From contig CAVQEQ010000004.1 of NCBI GenBank assembly GCA_963711565.1, forward strand, positions 672,001 through 736,000: DNA of 64,000 nucleotides. The letters are read 5' to 3'. Source of the stretch: an uncultured delta proteobacterium (GTDB lineage Bacteria; Desulfobacterota; Binatia; Binatales; Binataceae). The notes under the pieces are model-generated. The model did not search any database. It saw only the letters and a list, made by a program, of their open reading frames with translations, and was not told the DNA's origin. How positions within the stretch are numbered: the first letter of the stretch is position 1; the number at the start of each line of letters is the position of its first letter. Positions 20,273 through 29,437 of this stretch are shown in pieces. The position numbers were made by a program, and so were the translations under genes.

Positions 20273-20316
20273 GGGGAAACCTAACCCCTAACCCCTTCCC
20301 TCGAGGGAAGGGGAAC
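20273..20316. repeat. REP-like palindromic element
   Basis: CCTAACCCCTAA followed by the perfect 22-bp palindrome CCCCTTCCCTCGAGGGAAGGGG (20292-20313), intergenic. Confidence 0.6.
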
Positions 20317-20348
20317 AATCGCGGAGGGTAGGAACGGCCGCGGAACGG

Positions 20349-20552
20349 CTAGTATTCGGTTTTGACGCGGGCGCGGCCGATGTCGTCGTAGAGATAAGTG
20401 TCGGACGGATTTTCGTCGCGCGTCTTTTTATGCGAGCCGTCGCAAAAGGGTTTGTTCTTCGATAGTCCGCACGCGCAGATATAGATCGGCAGCTCAGTGC
20501 CTTCCGGTACTTCGTAGGGAGAGTTTTTTTCGTGTCTGACCATTCGGGCCAT
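20349..20552 (-). CDS. CDGSH iron-sulfur domain protein
   Basis: [17 protein letters not shown] motif. Confidence 0.9.
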   Translation of the reverse strand: MARMVRHEKNSPYEVPEGTELPIYICACGLSKNKPFCDGSHKKTRDENPSDTYLYDDIGRARVKTEY

Positions 20553-20634
20553 GGATAAATCCTCGCGTTGAGTTTTAGTGCGGCGGCACCTGTGGCTCAC
20601 TTAAGACCAGGCGAGTCGCAGAGTCAAATGTCCG

Positions 20635-20943
20635 TCACTCGGTGCCGGCGTTGCGTTTCAGGTATTCGAGGATCGACTCGCGCTCGTCCGAGGTCAGCGC
20701 GGGCATGCCGGCGGCCTGGATCTTCACCTCCATCATCGTGACCTGCGTGTCCCACATCGCGGCCGTCATCTCATGGGGATTGTACGGTGCGTGGCAATTG
20801 CCGCATCGACTTACGTAGAGCTGCGCGTCAGGGCTGGCTGCGTCGGGGAGCGCGGCAGGTTTGCAACCCGCAGCGACGATGGTGAGGAGTGCGAGCGCGA
20901 GTGCGACGCGCGAAATTCGGCTAGCCGATTGAGATGCGCGCAT
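20635..20943 (-). CDS. Monoheme c-type cytochrome lipoprotein
   Basis: Lipobox VAAGC and CGNCH heme motif. Confidence 0.75.
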   Translation of the reverse strand: MRASQSASRISRVALALALLTIVAAGCKPAALPDAASPDAQLYVSRCGNCHAPYNPHEMTAAMWDTQVTMMEVKIQAAGMPALTSDERESILEYLKRNAGTE

Positions 20944-21403
20944 CGGGGAAGCGGATGGCAAGCTGGGTGCGGAGGGAACCGATAAGAACGCGGCGGTCAT
21001 CTTCGTCGAGGGTTACCTTTCGTTCGGATTCCGGACGGAGCCAGATTGGTCCGCGCCGCAATTCGTCGGGTTCGTTTTCGTTGCGCGGCAACAGATGCCA
21101 ATGCACATGCGGTTCCGAATTGCCGAGACATTCGTAGTTCATTTTCCATGGCTTGACGACGACGGCGATAGCCTCGGCGACCAGGCGCATCTCGTCGGAA
21201 AGGAGTCGTGCCGCATCGGCGGGCATCAGGTAGAGCTCGGTCGCGTGAAGCTTTGCGAACACCACACAGTAGCCGCGATAGAATTGCTGATCGCCGAGGA
21301 TCACATAGCAGCTCTTCAGCTCCGCAACAAAATCGCGGAAGCTGCCGGCCTTGACGCGATCGATCATCGCGCAGATTCCGCAGGCGGGCTTCGCGGACGT
21401 CAT
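20921..21403 (-). CDS. HIT family hydrolase
   Basis: CGIC and NYECLGNSEPHVHWHLLPR. Confidence 0.88.
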   Translation of the reverse strand: MTSAKPACGICAMIDRVKAGSFRDFVAELKSCYVILGDQQFYRGYCVVFAKLHATELYLMPADAARLLSDEMRLVAEAIAVVVKPWKMNYECLGNSEPHVHWHLLPRNENEPDELRRGPIWLRPESERKVTLDEDDRRVLIGSLRTQLAIRFPDARISIG

Positions 21404-21951
21404 GAGGGATCCGCGGCCGGGACTGCGACGAGCTTAATGCTCGCGCCTTTGAGGAGCTGCTCGACGGTGTGAAGCTTGTACGGGCGCGCGTAATACACAG
21501 TGCGGACGCCGGTGTTGATGAGCACCTTGAGGCAATGGATGCACGGAGTATGGGTGACGTAGATGTCGGCGTCGCGGATTGCGGCGCCGTTACGGGCCGC
21601 TTGCGAGATTGCGTTGATCTCGGCGTGGATGGTGCGGTAGCAGTTCTGCTCGATCTCGCCGTCGGGCGTGCGCGACTCGTAAACGAGGCATCCGACCTCG
21701 GTGCAATGCGGCAATCCCGCGGGCGAGCCGTTGTAACCAGTCGCAAGAATACTGCGGTCGCGAACGATGACGGCGCCGACCTTGGCACGCAGGCAGGTTG
21801 AGCGTTCGGCGACCTCGCGCGTGATAGTCATGAAGTATTGGTCCCAGCTCGGACGTTCGGGCCTGGACTGTCGAGTCGCTTTGTCGGTCGGACTTTCGGC
21901 CAATACTGTTCCCCTCGATCGATCAGTTAAATGCGACTCAGATTTTGACAC
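21400..21951 (-). CDS. Deoxycytidylate deaminase (ComEB-like)
   Basis: RPSWDQYFM, RSTC, TGYNG, HAEINAI, PCIHC motifs. Confidence 0.92.
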   Translation of the reverse strand: MSKSESHLTDRSRGTVLAESPTDKATRQSRPERPSWDQYFMTITREVAERSTCLRAKVGAVIVRDRSILATGYNGSPAGLPHCTEVGCLVYESRTPDGEIEQNCYRTIHAEINAISQAARNGAAIRDADIYVTHTPCIHCLKVLINTGVRTVYYARPYKLHTVEQLLKGASIKLVAVPAADPS

Positions 21952-23020
21952 GGCAGAGTTGCCGCAGCATCTGATCGTATTGCGGCATATGATGGATTAT
22001 TTCCTGACTATGACTATTTTCGTCCGTCGGAATAGGCGCTTCGGGTTGGACGAAAGCGAGTGGCACCGGGCTGAACGTCACGATGAACAATACAACGGTG
22101 GCCCACGCAGCGAGAGCGCGGCGAGGATTCAGGGGGGTGTCGCGATCAATGGTAGAGGGATGCCCCAATCCGAGCGCGAGCACCAGCACTGCCCAGAGGA
22201 GCCAGCCCCACCATAGATTGTAGCCGAGCGCGAGCGGCACCAGCACCATCAGCACGCACGAGATAACGAACAGCACCGAGATCGTGCGATGGCGGCGCGG
22301 GAAAAGCGCATAGACCACGTGACCGCCGTCGAGCTGCCCGACCGGCAGCAGGTTCAGCGTGGTGACGAACAGCCCGAGCCATCCGGCGAATGCGATCGGA
22401 TGGAGATTTACGTTCACGGTCGAAGGATCGACGCCGAGCACCAGGTGCGAGAGGCCCAGGAACAGGAGCGAGTTGCCGAGTTCGAGACCGCCGGCGGTTT
22501 TATCCAGTGGCGTCACGTCGGAGAGATAGAGTCCGATGATCACGGCGGGTATCGCGAGCATCACGCCCGCCCACGGACCGGCGGCGCCGATGTCGAACAT
22601 CACGCGGCGAGTGCGCGCAGGCTGGCGCATGCGGATGAATGCGCCGAACGTGCCGATGATAAATAGCGACGGCGGCGCCGGAATGAAGTAGGGCAGGGAT
22701 GCGTTAACGTTGTGATAGCGCGAGGTCAGGTAGTGGCCCATCTCATGCGCGAAGAGAATCATCATCAGGGGAATCGAGAACGAAAGTCCCGAGCCTAGCG
22801 CCGCGATCGCGAGAAACGGATGGAAGAAGGAGACCTCCTCGCCATTCATGTACGCGCCGGCGGTGGTGGTAGTCAGGAAGGTGAGCAACAACAGCGCGAC
22901 GTTCAGCGGCGGAATTCGCGGGCGGTCGAGCGCGCGCGCGGCTGGCTCGGGCGGCGCGCTATAACGCGGAATTTCGGTAAGGACGGTGGGGGTGTCCTTG
23001 TGTGTGATTATTTCATCCAT
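21938..23020 (-). CDS. Site-2 protease (M50 family)
   Basis: HEMGH and NLLPVGQLDGGH motifs, multiple TMs. Confidence 0.92.
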   Translation of the reverse strand: MDEIITHKDTPTVLTEIPRYSAPPEPAARALDRPRIPPLNVALLLLTFLTTTTAGAYMNGEEVSFFHPFLAIAALGSGLSFSIPLMMILFAHEMGHYLTSRYHNVNASLPYFIPAPPSLFIIGTFGAFIRMRQPARTRRVMFDIGAAGPWAGVMLAIPAVIIGLYLSDVTPLDKTAGGLELGNSLLFLGLSHLVLGVDPSTVNVNLHPIAFAGWLGLFVTTLNLLPVGQLDGGHVVYALFPRRHRTISVLFVISCVLMVLVPLALGYNLWWGWLLWAVLVLALGLGHPSTIDRDTPLNPRRALAAWATVVLFIVTFSPVPLAFVQPEAPIPTDENSHSQEIIHHMPQYDQMLRQLCRVKI

Positions 23021-23860
23021 TTATTTGCGTATGCCTTTGGGAGCGACCAGAGAAACCGGCGAGCCGGGCCCGGCGGCGAAGTGCATGGCAGCGTTGCCGT
23101 CGCGAATCGCGACTTCGAGCAGGCCGAAGCTTCCGAATATTGCGAGAGGAACACCTTCTGGCGCGTCAGCATAGGCGTCGAGTAACCGCATCGCCGCGCC
23201 ACCTCTGATCCTAACGGAAAGGGATTTGTGGCGAAAGCGAGAGCCGAACTGTTTGGCAACCTGCCGATCGATGTTGCTCACCAGATTGCCGAAGCCGTCC
23301 ACATAGATCACTTCGCCGCGCACCTCGCGCCCCGACTCCACAGGTCGCGGCAGATTGAGTCGAACAATCGAGCTCGGGCCGAGTGCAGGCCCCAGCGCGG
23401 AAATCGGCGTGCCACGCCAGAGGTACGCTGCCGCAGGTGCGAAGATGTCGCGACCGTGAAAGGTAGCACTCACGTTGGTAAGACGATGGCTGCGCGAAGT
23501 AAGTTTCACGACTCGCTTGATACCCGCCTGAGTGGCGGCGAGCCAGAGCAGGCCGTTGTCGGGTCCGACGAAGCGGGCGCCGCTATGAGTCTCGATGGCA
23601 ATCGGCGCGCGCGCAGTTCCAACGCCCGGATCGACAACCGCGAGAAATACAGTTCGCGGCGGGAAGAAGCGCCAGGACTCGCGCAGAGCGAGTGCGCCAG
23701 CCACGATGGATTGCGCGGGGATGCCGTGGGTGATGTCGATGACGACGGCTCCGGGAGCGATCGACGCGATCACGCCCTTCATCGCACCCGTATAATGGTC
23801 GCGGTAGCCGAAGTCGGTTATGATTGCCAGCGGGAACGGGCGTCGCACGAGCGTCGGCAT
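23021..23860 (-). CDS. SAM hydroxide adenosyltransferase / chlorinase-fluorinase family (DUF62)
   Basis: ITDFG, IDITH, VVDPGVGT, GPDNG, TFHGRDIFAPAAA, YVDGFGN motifs. Confidence 0.9.
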   Translation of the reverse strand: MPTLVRRPFPLAIITDFGYRDHYTGAMKGVIASIAPGAVVIDITHGIPAQSIVAGALALRESWRFFPPRTVFLAVVDPGVGTARAPIAIETHSGARFVGPDNGLLWLAATQAGIKRVVKLTSRSHRLTNVSATFHGRDIFAPAAAYLWRGTPISALGPALGPSSIVRLNLPRPVESGREVRGEVIYVDGFGNLVSNIDRQVAKQFGSRFRHKSLSVRIRGGAAMRLLDAYADAPEGVPLAIFGSFGLLEVAIRDGNAAMHFAAGPGSPVSLVAPKGIRK

Positions 23861-23941
23861 CGCGAATAGTAGATGCGAAATAGCCGCGTCGCGCAATTTC
23901 CCGAAGCCGGCTCGCAACACGCGTCGAACAGATCCAGATCA

Positions 23942-25543
23942 ATGAAGCGCAACTTTCTGCCGGATGGCTGGCAAGCACAGGCTGGGGTAGTCCTGCTGAT
24001 TGCTGTGGCGGTCGGCACGATACTACGCTTTTTTCGACTCGGCTCGCGCGAGTTGTCGATTGACGAATCGCTTTCGTGGGCCGAGTCGTCAGGGCCGAGA
24101 GTGGCCGACGTTTTGCGCACACAGCATCAACTGGATTCCGGCAAGTTCCCGATTTACGAGCTCGCGCAACACGGATGGATGCAGATTTTCGGCGAGAGCG
24201 AGGCGGCGATGCGCGCGTTGCCGGCGCTTATCGGCTCGCTGTCGATCGTGCTGGTGTTCATCCTGGGCGTGGAACTGATGTTGGCGGTCAGGGGAAGCCC
24301 GAAGACCTCGCCTCCCGAGCCGCGCTCGGCCGTCTCTCCCGCGAAAGAACGGGAGCGAAATGAGGAGGGCGGCATCTACATGGTGGCGGCTGCGTGCGCG
24401 CTACTCTTTGCGGTTGGGCTTCCGTCGGTCGAAATCGCGCGCCAGGCACGGATGTACTCAATGATGCAGGCGTGGATTCTCGCGCAGGTGATCTTCCTGG
24501 TCCGTGCATGGCGCCAGGGCGGGTTGGCGAACTACGCCGGTCTCACAATTTTTTCAGCGATCGCAGTGGCCACGAACTTTACCGCCACGCTGGTGATCTC
24601 GGCCGAGGTGTTGTGGCTGATCTATCTGGGGTTCGCCCGCACACAAAGCGATGAAGAGTCGGGAAGCGCTGAACCATGGATGATGGGAGCCGCACTCGTC
24701 GTCGCGATGTTGTTGCTGCTGCCTTTTCTTGCCGGTCTGCGATACGGGGTCGAGGGCGTGCAGCGTGGCGACTACGACTGGATCAAGCCGCCGGGGCGGT
24801 GGGAGCCATTGGCTACGTTCGAGAGCGGACTCGGTAGCTGGCCGTTCCTGCTTTTCGCGCTGTTCGCGATCATGGGTGGGATTCGGCTGTGGCGCTCGCA
24901 CAAAGATGTCGCGGCGCTGCTGATCCTCTGGATCGGGCTGCCGCCGATCGTTCTGTTCGCGGGATCGTACTTGGTTACTCCGATGCTGGTAACGCGTTAC
25001 CTAATATCCTCTTTCGTTCCTTTGTTCATACTCACTGCAATAGGCATTGAGGCTTTACGTGCGCGAAGTTACCGCGCAGTCGCGATACTCGCGATAGTAA
25101 GTCTCTCTATATTGCGGGTGTCGTCGGATCTGAGGCCGGGAGATAGTCGGTGGCGCGATGCGTGTGAGATAGCGCTCACTAGAGCGGGTTCGGAGCGGCG
25201 CATCGGCGCATTTCACGAGTACTATCTCGTTTCCTATTACATTCCCGCAGCGGAGCGGGACAGTGTAGAAGTGGTTCGAGTTCCCCTTCATGGAGTTGAG
25301 GGAGAAGCGCCGCGAGTGGTGGTCGTTTCGCCAACGGCGACGCCTGCGCAAGTCGCCGAGATTCGCCGGGACTATCCGCTACTCGTGGCGACTTTCAAAA
25401 ATGTGATCGTATTGTCGCGGGTCCCAGCGGACACGCAGAATGCGCCTGCGGCTAATCGCGCGGCGCGACCGAAACGTAGCGGTTGCCGCGTTCATAGAAC
25501 CGCCATCGCTTCGATGCCCAATGGCCGGCGTAATCGACGTTGA
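23942..25543 (+). CDS. GT39/PMT-like membrane glycosyltransferase
   Basis: LSIDE, FGESEAAMRALPAL, ARQARMYS motifs and many TMs. 3' end overlaps mpg. Confidence 0.8.
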   Translation: MKRNFLPDGWQAQAGVVLLIAVAVGTILRFFRLGSRELSIDESLSWAESSGPRVADVLRTQHQLDSGKFPIYELAQHGWMQIFGESEAAMRALPALIGSLSIVLVFILGVELMLAVRGSPKTSPPEPRSAVSPAKERERNEEGGIYMVAAACALLFAVGLPSVEIARQARMYSMMQAWILAQVIFLVRAWRQGGLANYAGLTIFSAIAVATNFTATLVISAEVLWLIYLGFARTQSDEESGSAEPWMMGAALVVAMLLLLPFLAGLRYGVEGVQRGDYDWIKPPGRWEPLATFESGLGSWPFLLFALFAIMGGIRLWRSHKDVAALLILWIGLPPIVLFAGSYLVTPMLVTRYLISSFVPLFILTAIGIEALRARSYRAVAILAIVSLSILRVSSDLRPGDSRWRDACEIALTRAGSERRIGAFHEYYLVSYYIPAAERDSVEVVRVPLHGVEGEAPRVVVVSPTATPAQVAEIRRDYPLLVATFKNVIVLSRVPADTQNAPAANRAARPKRSGCRVHRTAIASMPNGRRNRR

Positions 25544-26057
25544 TCCTTGACGAGCGGCCGATGCGTCCGACCGGGAGTTCCGAGTGCTCCAGGTAGAGCC
25601 GTCCACCGCATAAGTCCCGTCCATAGTCGGCGCCCGTAATAGCCAGTGCATTAGTCAGTTTGCCGGGGCCATTAGTCAGTTCACGGGAATCGGGCGGTTT
25701 GCGCCGCCGCCGCGCCATCAAAGCGATACCTCGCAGCGGCTCGATGGCTCGGATCAGTACAGCGTGCGGCTTCCCATCGGCAGTAGTCACAAGGTTAATC
25801 GCCCAACTGATTCCGTATAGCAAGTACACATAGGCGTAGCCCGGTGGTCCATACATCGCGGCGGTTCGTTTGGTGAGTCCGCGCGCGCTATGCGCGGCGA
25901 GATCGAGCGGGCCGCGATATGCTTCGACCTCCACGATTCGGCCGGCCGCAGTACCCTGGGCGGTGCGATGGACGAGAACTTTGCCGACGCATTCGCGCGC
26001 CACGAGCAGGACTGGGCGGGCGTAAAATTCGCGCGTCAGCTTCCGCGACTCACTCAT
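25452..26057 (-). CDS. mpg: DNA-3-methyladenine glycosylase (AAG/MPG type)
   Basis: GRIVEVEAY, AYVYLLYG, AVLIRAIEP, TNGPGKL motifs. Confidence 0.92.
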   Translation of the reverse strand: MSESRKLTREFYARPVLLVARECVGKVLVHRTAQGTAAGRIVEVEAYRGPLDLAAHSARGLTKRTAAMYGPPGYAYVYLLYGISWAINLVTTADGKPHAVLIRAIEPLRGIALMARRRRKPPDSRELTNGPGKLTNALAITGADYGRDLCGGRLYLEHSELPVGRIGRSSRINVDYAGHWASKRWRFYERGNRYVSVAPRD

Positions 26058-26067
26058 CGCGACTTTT

Positions 26068-26691
26068 TTACTGCAACTGCGGAAAGCAGGGCAACTCGGG
26101 CGTCAGAGTGTAGCTGTACGCTCGTCCGCGCCATGTAAATTCGCCCTGTGCGGTGCCGAACACTTGTCTAATCGTGTCGGATTTCTGACTCTCGTCGAGG
26201 CTGTCGGTCTGGACTGGGGCGTAGGAGAGGAAGTGGCTGGACCCGGGCGTAAGAGCGGGCTCGAGGGGCGGTTGGAAGTTGAGCTTGTCGAGGCCCGGCT
26301 TGGGCGCCCAGCCGCCGGAAGAGGAGTCGGGAGCCCTGACGAAAACCCAACGGTGGTCGGAGCCATTTCCGAGCAGGGTCCATTGGCGGCTCTCGATGGC
26401 GCCCTGGTTGATACGAAGTTCTTCGACGCCGGGCGTAGCCGCGACGAGCTGATCGCAATGTTCCTGCAGATCGTCCTTTGGAAGGCTCGCGTCGGTTCGA
26501 AGGGCAGTCTGCTGGTCGGCGTAGGCCTGCAACTGTTGTTGAGTGGGCTGATTCGCGGAGATTGGTTTGGCCCCAAAATGGAAGCATCCAGCGGATGCGA
26601 GAGTGAGGCATCCCGCGATGAGCAAAAGAATGGCTCTACGGCGGGGAGGTCGAGAAGCGCGCCGAGCGGCGGGATTAAAGCGGAGATCCAT
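26068..26691 (-). CDS. Hypothetical lipoprotein
   Basis: Basic N-terminus, hydrophobic stretch and ASAGC lipobox. Confidence 0.6.
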   Translation of the reverse strand: MDLRFNPAARRASRPPRRRAILLLIAGCLTLASAGCFHFGAKPISANQPTQQQLQAYADQQTALRTDASLPKDDLQEHCDQLVAATPGVEELRINQGAIESRQWTLLGNGSDHRWVFVRAPDSSSGGWAPKPGLDKLNFQPPLEPALTPGSSHFLSYAPVQTDSLDESQKSDTIRQVFGTAQGEFTWRGRAYSYTLTPELPCFPQLQ

Positions 26692-26776
26692 ACCAGAGAA
26701 TTTCTGGTTGGCGGCAGCGAAGTCAATGCCAAGGCAAACAGCGGGATTTGCGCACGCCAGGTCCAGGGCGATTCAA

Positions 26777-26805
26777 TTGACAGTCGGAAGGGCGCTACCT
26801 ACACT
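26777..26805 (+). promoter_or_regulatory. Sigma-70 promoter of tRNA-Gly
   Basis: TTGACA-N17-TACACT, 9 nt before the tRNA. Confidence 0.8.
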
Positions 26806-26814
26806 CGCGTCAGA

Positions 26815-26889
<75 letters not shown>

Positions 26890-27076
26890 CGATTTCTCAC
26901 AGAAGAATCAACTACTTGTGAAGATGAGCGTGTCGCTACTGCTGAACTGAGACGGGGAAGTAGGAGAAGAGCCCGTCCTCTGCCGTCGAGACCCGAACCA
27001 CCATCCCTCCATCGACGAGATTGGTGTCTCGTGCCGCACTTGACGCTCGCTAGACTGATCGGGAAGAATTGCGTCA

Positions 27077-27219
27077 CGGCGCCGACCGGTCGCCGAGCTG
27101 TGGAACATCCGCCCCAGCCGGAGTTCTGTTAGCGAAGGGGAGTTGCCCTCACGGTCGTCGCTTTCACAGGCCATCTCTCAACACCGCGTCGCTGGTGGGA
27201 CGAAGGTGTAAAGAGGAGG
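27077..27219 (+). ncRNA. Candidate structured 5' leader RNA (four tandem stems, the last covering the RBS)
   Basis: Stems CGGCG/CGCCG, GCTG/CAGC, CTGT-AGCGA..TCGCT-ACAG with inner AGGG/CCCT, and CTCT-ACACC-CGTC..GACG-GGTGT-AGAG overlapping GAGGAGG. Upstream TTGACG (27040) and AAGAAT (27064). Confidence 0.5.
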
Positions 27220-27226
27220 CTTGTCC

Positions 27227-28294
27227 ATGACCAAGCACGGCAGTTTCAAGAAGGTCGTCCGCCGCCACGCTGAGGAAACGGGTCAGCGCTACACCGAAGC
27301 GCTCACCGACCTTGAAGGGCTCCAAGCCCGGATGTTTCACCAGCCCGTCGGTGAGCGTCTGGTCGCACATCTCCGCGATCACTACGGCATCGGCGCGGTC
27401 GCCGCGACGAAGGCCAGTCAGCATCATGACCACGTCTTTCGCGTTGACCGCAGCGACGGCGACCCGTGGATTGCGCGCGCGTTCTCGCCGGCCCGACCGC
27501 GGGCCGGGGTCGAAGGCGATGCCACAATCCTGCGGTTCCTCGAGCGGCACGACTACCCGGCGGAGCGGCTCGCGACCGACGACGCGGTGTCGGCGTTCGA
27601 CGACTCAACCGTCCTCGTCACCCGATTCGTTCCCGGCGGGCCGCTCCCCATGGCCGTCGGACACGAGGGCAGCGAGAAGTTCGCCATCATGGGTGACCTG
27701 CTCGGACGGCTGCATACTCTGCCGTTCGACGTGTCCGCCAGCCGCCCCGGTGGGGCGAGCGGGGATGATCCCAGCCGCGAGGGCAGCCCGCGTCAGGACC
27801 TGATGGCGGCGCTCGCGTTCCTCGACGCGGTCGACACGAAGGTCGCTCCGGCCGAGCGCGAGCGATTCGAACGGCTCCGCGATCGGGTGCGCTCGGCCGA
27901 CGACGGCCAGGGCCTGCCCGAGGCGTTGCTGCACGGCAACCTCCTCCACGCTCCGGATCACGTGATCCGGAGCGAGCAAGGGCCGGTGGCGATCAACTTT
28001 AAGGCGGCCGGCCGCGGCCCGCGCCTGGCGGACTTTGCGTGGCTGATGTGGGGCACCTGGGGCAACGCGGACTGGATCAAACTGGCCGTAGACGCGTACC
28101 GCCGGCACGTCGAGTTGACCGACGACGAGCTCGAGCGGCTCGAGGCGGTGATGTACATACGGCCGCTGTACCTGGGTTGCTTCAGCTACCGGCGCGACCT
28201 GGTCAACGGCCGCCCGCCGAAGGAAGTGTGGGGCTTCGTTAACCCCGAGCACATCGGCGCAATTGCAGCCGCAACCCGAGCCGCCTGCCGCTGA
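27227..28294 (+). CDS. APH/homoserine-kinase-II fold protein with short basic N-terminal helical extension and degenerate catalytic motifs
   Basis: VFRVD, ILRFLE, MGDLLGRLH, LPEALLHGN, AINF, GPRLADFAW. Strong RBS GAGGAGG. Confidence 0.8.
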   Translation: MTKHGSFKKVVRRHAEETGQRYTEALTDLEGLQARMFHQPVGERLVAHLRDHYGIGAVAATKASQHHDHVFRVDRSDGDPWIARAFSPARPRAGVEGDATILRFLERHDYPAERLATDDAVSAFDDSTVLVTRFVPGGPLPMAVGHEGSEKFAIMGDLLGRLHTLPFDVSASRPGGASGDDPSREGSPRQDLMAALAFLDAVDTKVAPAERERFERLRDRVRSADDGQGLPEALLHGNLLHAPDHVIRSEQGPVAINFKAAGRGPRLADFAWLMWGTWGNADWIKLAVDAYRRHVELTDDELERLEAVMYIRPLYLGCFSYRRDLVNGRPPKEVWGFVNPEHIGAIAAATRAACR

Positions 28295-28380
28295 TCGGTA
28301 CTCCCACTGCGCGCGACAAGTTCGATCACCTCGGAACCTATCGCGAGGTCGGCGCTCCTGCCTCGCTGCCCTTCCGTGCC

Positions 28381-28416
28381 GGACGTGGCCGGTTCGACCC
28401 CGGTCGCCCGCTCCAC
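28381..28416 (+). repeat. attR-like duplicate of the tRNA-Gly 3' half
   Basis: Matches the tRNA T-arm, acceptor strand and CCA with one mismatch. Confidence 0.88.
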
Positions 28417-29301
28417 TCATTCACGATTCTTCAGCTGCTGACCTTCGCCGAGTCCGTATACCATCGCGGTTTTGGTGGTGCCAAGTTTGATCCATTCCGC
28501 GCAATCGAGCTGCACCCTTTTGTAATACTCTTCAGAGAGCTCGAGCGACTCCTTGCTTACCTCGTCGAGCCGGTCGAACTTGCACTGAAAGGCGAACTCG
28601 CCCGATAGCGATTTCTCCAGAGCGCGGCTGCGCCAGATCGCGACAGTCGTCTTACCCTTGAAGTGGTGTCCGAAGTGAATGATGCCCATCGTATTTTGTA
28701 CTTCTTCGACGGCCACGTTGTTCACCAGCATCATTTTGGTCCGGGGCCTGATGTCTATGCGCTTGAGGGTGGGAAAGGCTTTGGCGATGTCCTCGATGCC
28801 GCGGTCGAGCTCGATCTTGGGCGAGGTGAGCACGCATCCATGCGAATAAACGCTGCGCATCCCGCCGAGGCGGTCGCGCTCGAGCAACAGTTCTTCTTTA
28901 AACTTTATCTCGTCGTGGCCACCCAATTGCGGACGCACGTCGATGGCGGCGGCATCCTTGAGCTCCGGCGCGCGGTACTTGAAGGTCAGCTCATGGCCGG
29001 GGCGGGGCCATCCCTGGTCGTAAAAAGTGCGTTTTCGCAAAATGAAGTGGTTGTTGTAGAGGTCGAACTGCGGAGTGTCATAAAAGAGCACTTCTCGAAC
29101 CTGGCTGTCGAACGCGTGCTCGTCCACATCAACCTTGATGTGGAGCTTCTTAAGGGTCTTGGAAGCTGCTTCCCAAAATTCGAGGAAACCATTTTTGCTC
29201 GTAAAACGATCGGGCTGAAGGAGGATTTTATACTCGCGGTAGTGAACTACGTCGCCAGCGAGATGCTGCGTTTCGGGATGCTTGCTTATGTGCTTGTCCA
29301 T
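28417..29301 (-). CDS. Hypothetical protein, probable CYTH (triphosphate tunnel) superfamily
   Basis: REYK near the N-terminus, REVLFYDTPQFDLYNNHFILRKR, ELTFK, KFKEE, C-terminal TKT. Confidence 0.6.
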   Translation of the reverse strand: MDKHISKHPETQHLAGDVVHYREYKILLQPDRFTSKNGFLEFWEAASKTLKKLHIKVDVDEHAFDSQVREVLFYDTPQFDLYNNHFILRKRTFYDQGWPRPGHELTFKYRAPELKDAAAIDVRPQLGGHDEIKFKEELLLERDRLGGMRSVYSHGCVLTSPKIELDRGIEDIAKAFPTLKRIDIRPRTKMMLVNNVAVEEVQNTMGIIHFGHHFKGKTTVAIWRSRALEKSLSGEFAFQCKFDRLDEVSKESLELSEEYYKRVQLDCAEWIKLGTTKTAMVYGLGEGQQLKNRE

Positions 29302-29374
29302 TGCGGCACTATACTCCTGGAAATTGGCGGAAGCATTGCAGGCGGGATCGTAGTTGGCAGCACAGACTAACGCA

Positions 29375-29391
29375 ATTGCACTTTGGTGCAG
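29375..29391. promoter_or_regulatory. Palindromic box, copy 1 (ATTGCAC-TTTG-GTGCAG)
   Basis: Same consensus as the boxes at 36541, 39410 and 46301. Confidence 0.55.
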
Positions 29392-29437
29392 CGCCGATGA
29401 TGGAGAAGGTGGCGCAAGACCGGCGTCGACGAAACCG

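Noticed and set aside
23021-23860. True chlorinase/fluorinase paired with the dehalogenase as a halogen cycle
   Set aside because: TFHGRD and the housekeeping context fit the common DUF62 SAM hydrolase. It is 9 kb from the dehalogenase and no biosynthetic cluster is present.
26890-27040. Integrase remnant or tRNA-associated ribozyme downstream of tRNA-Gly
   Set aside because: No tyrosine or serine recombinase motif in the frames I read, and no convincing HDV-like or hammerhead core by eye.
28381-28416. Second tRNA gene
   Set aside because: Only the 3' half is present. There is no 5' acceptor strand, D-arm or intact anticodon arm.
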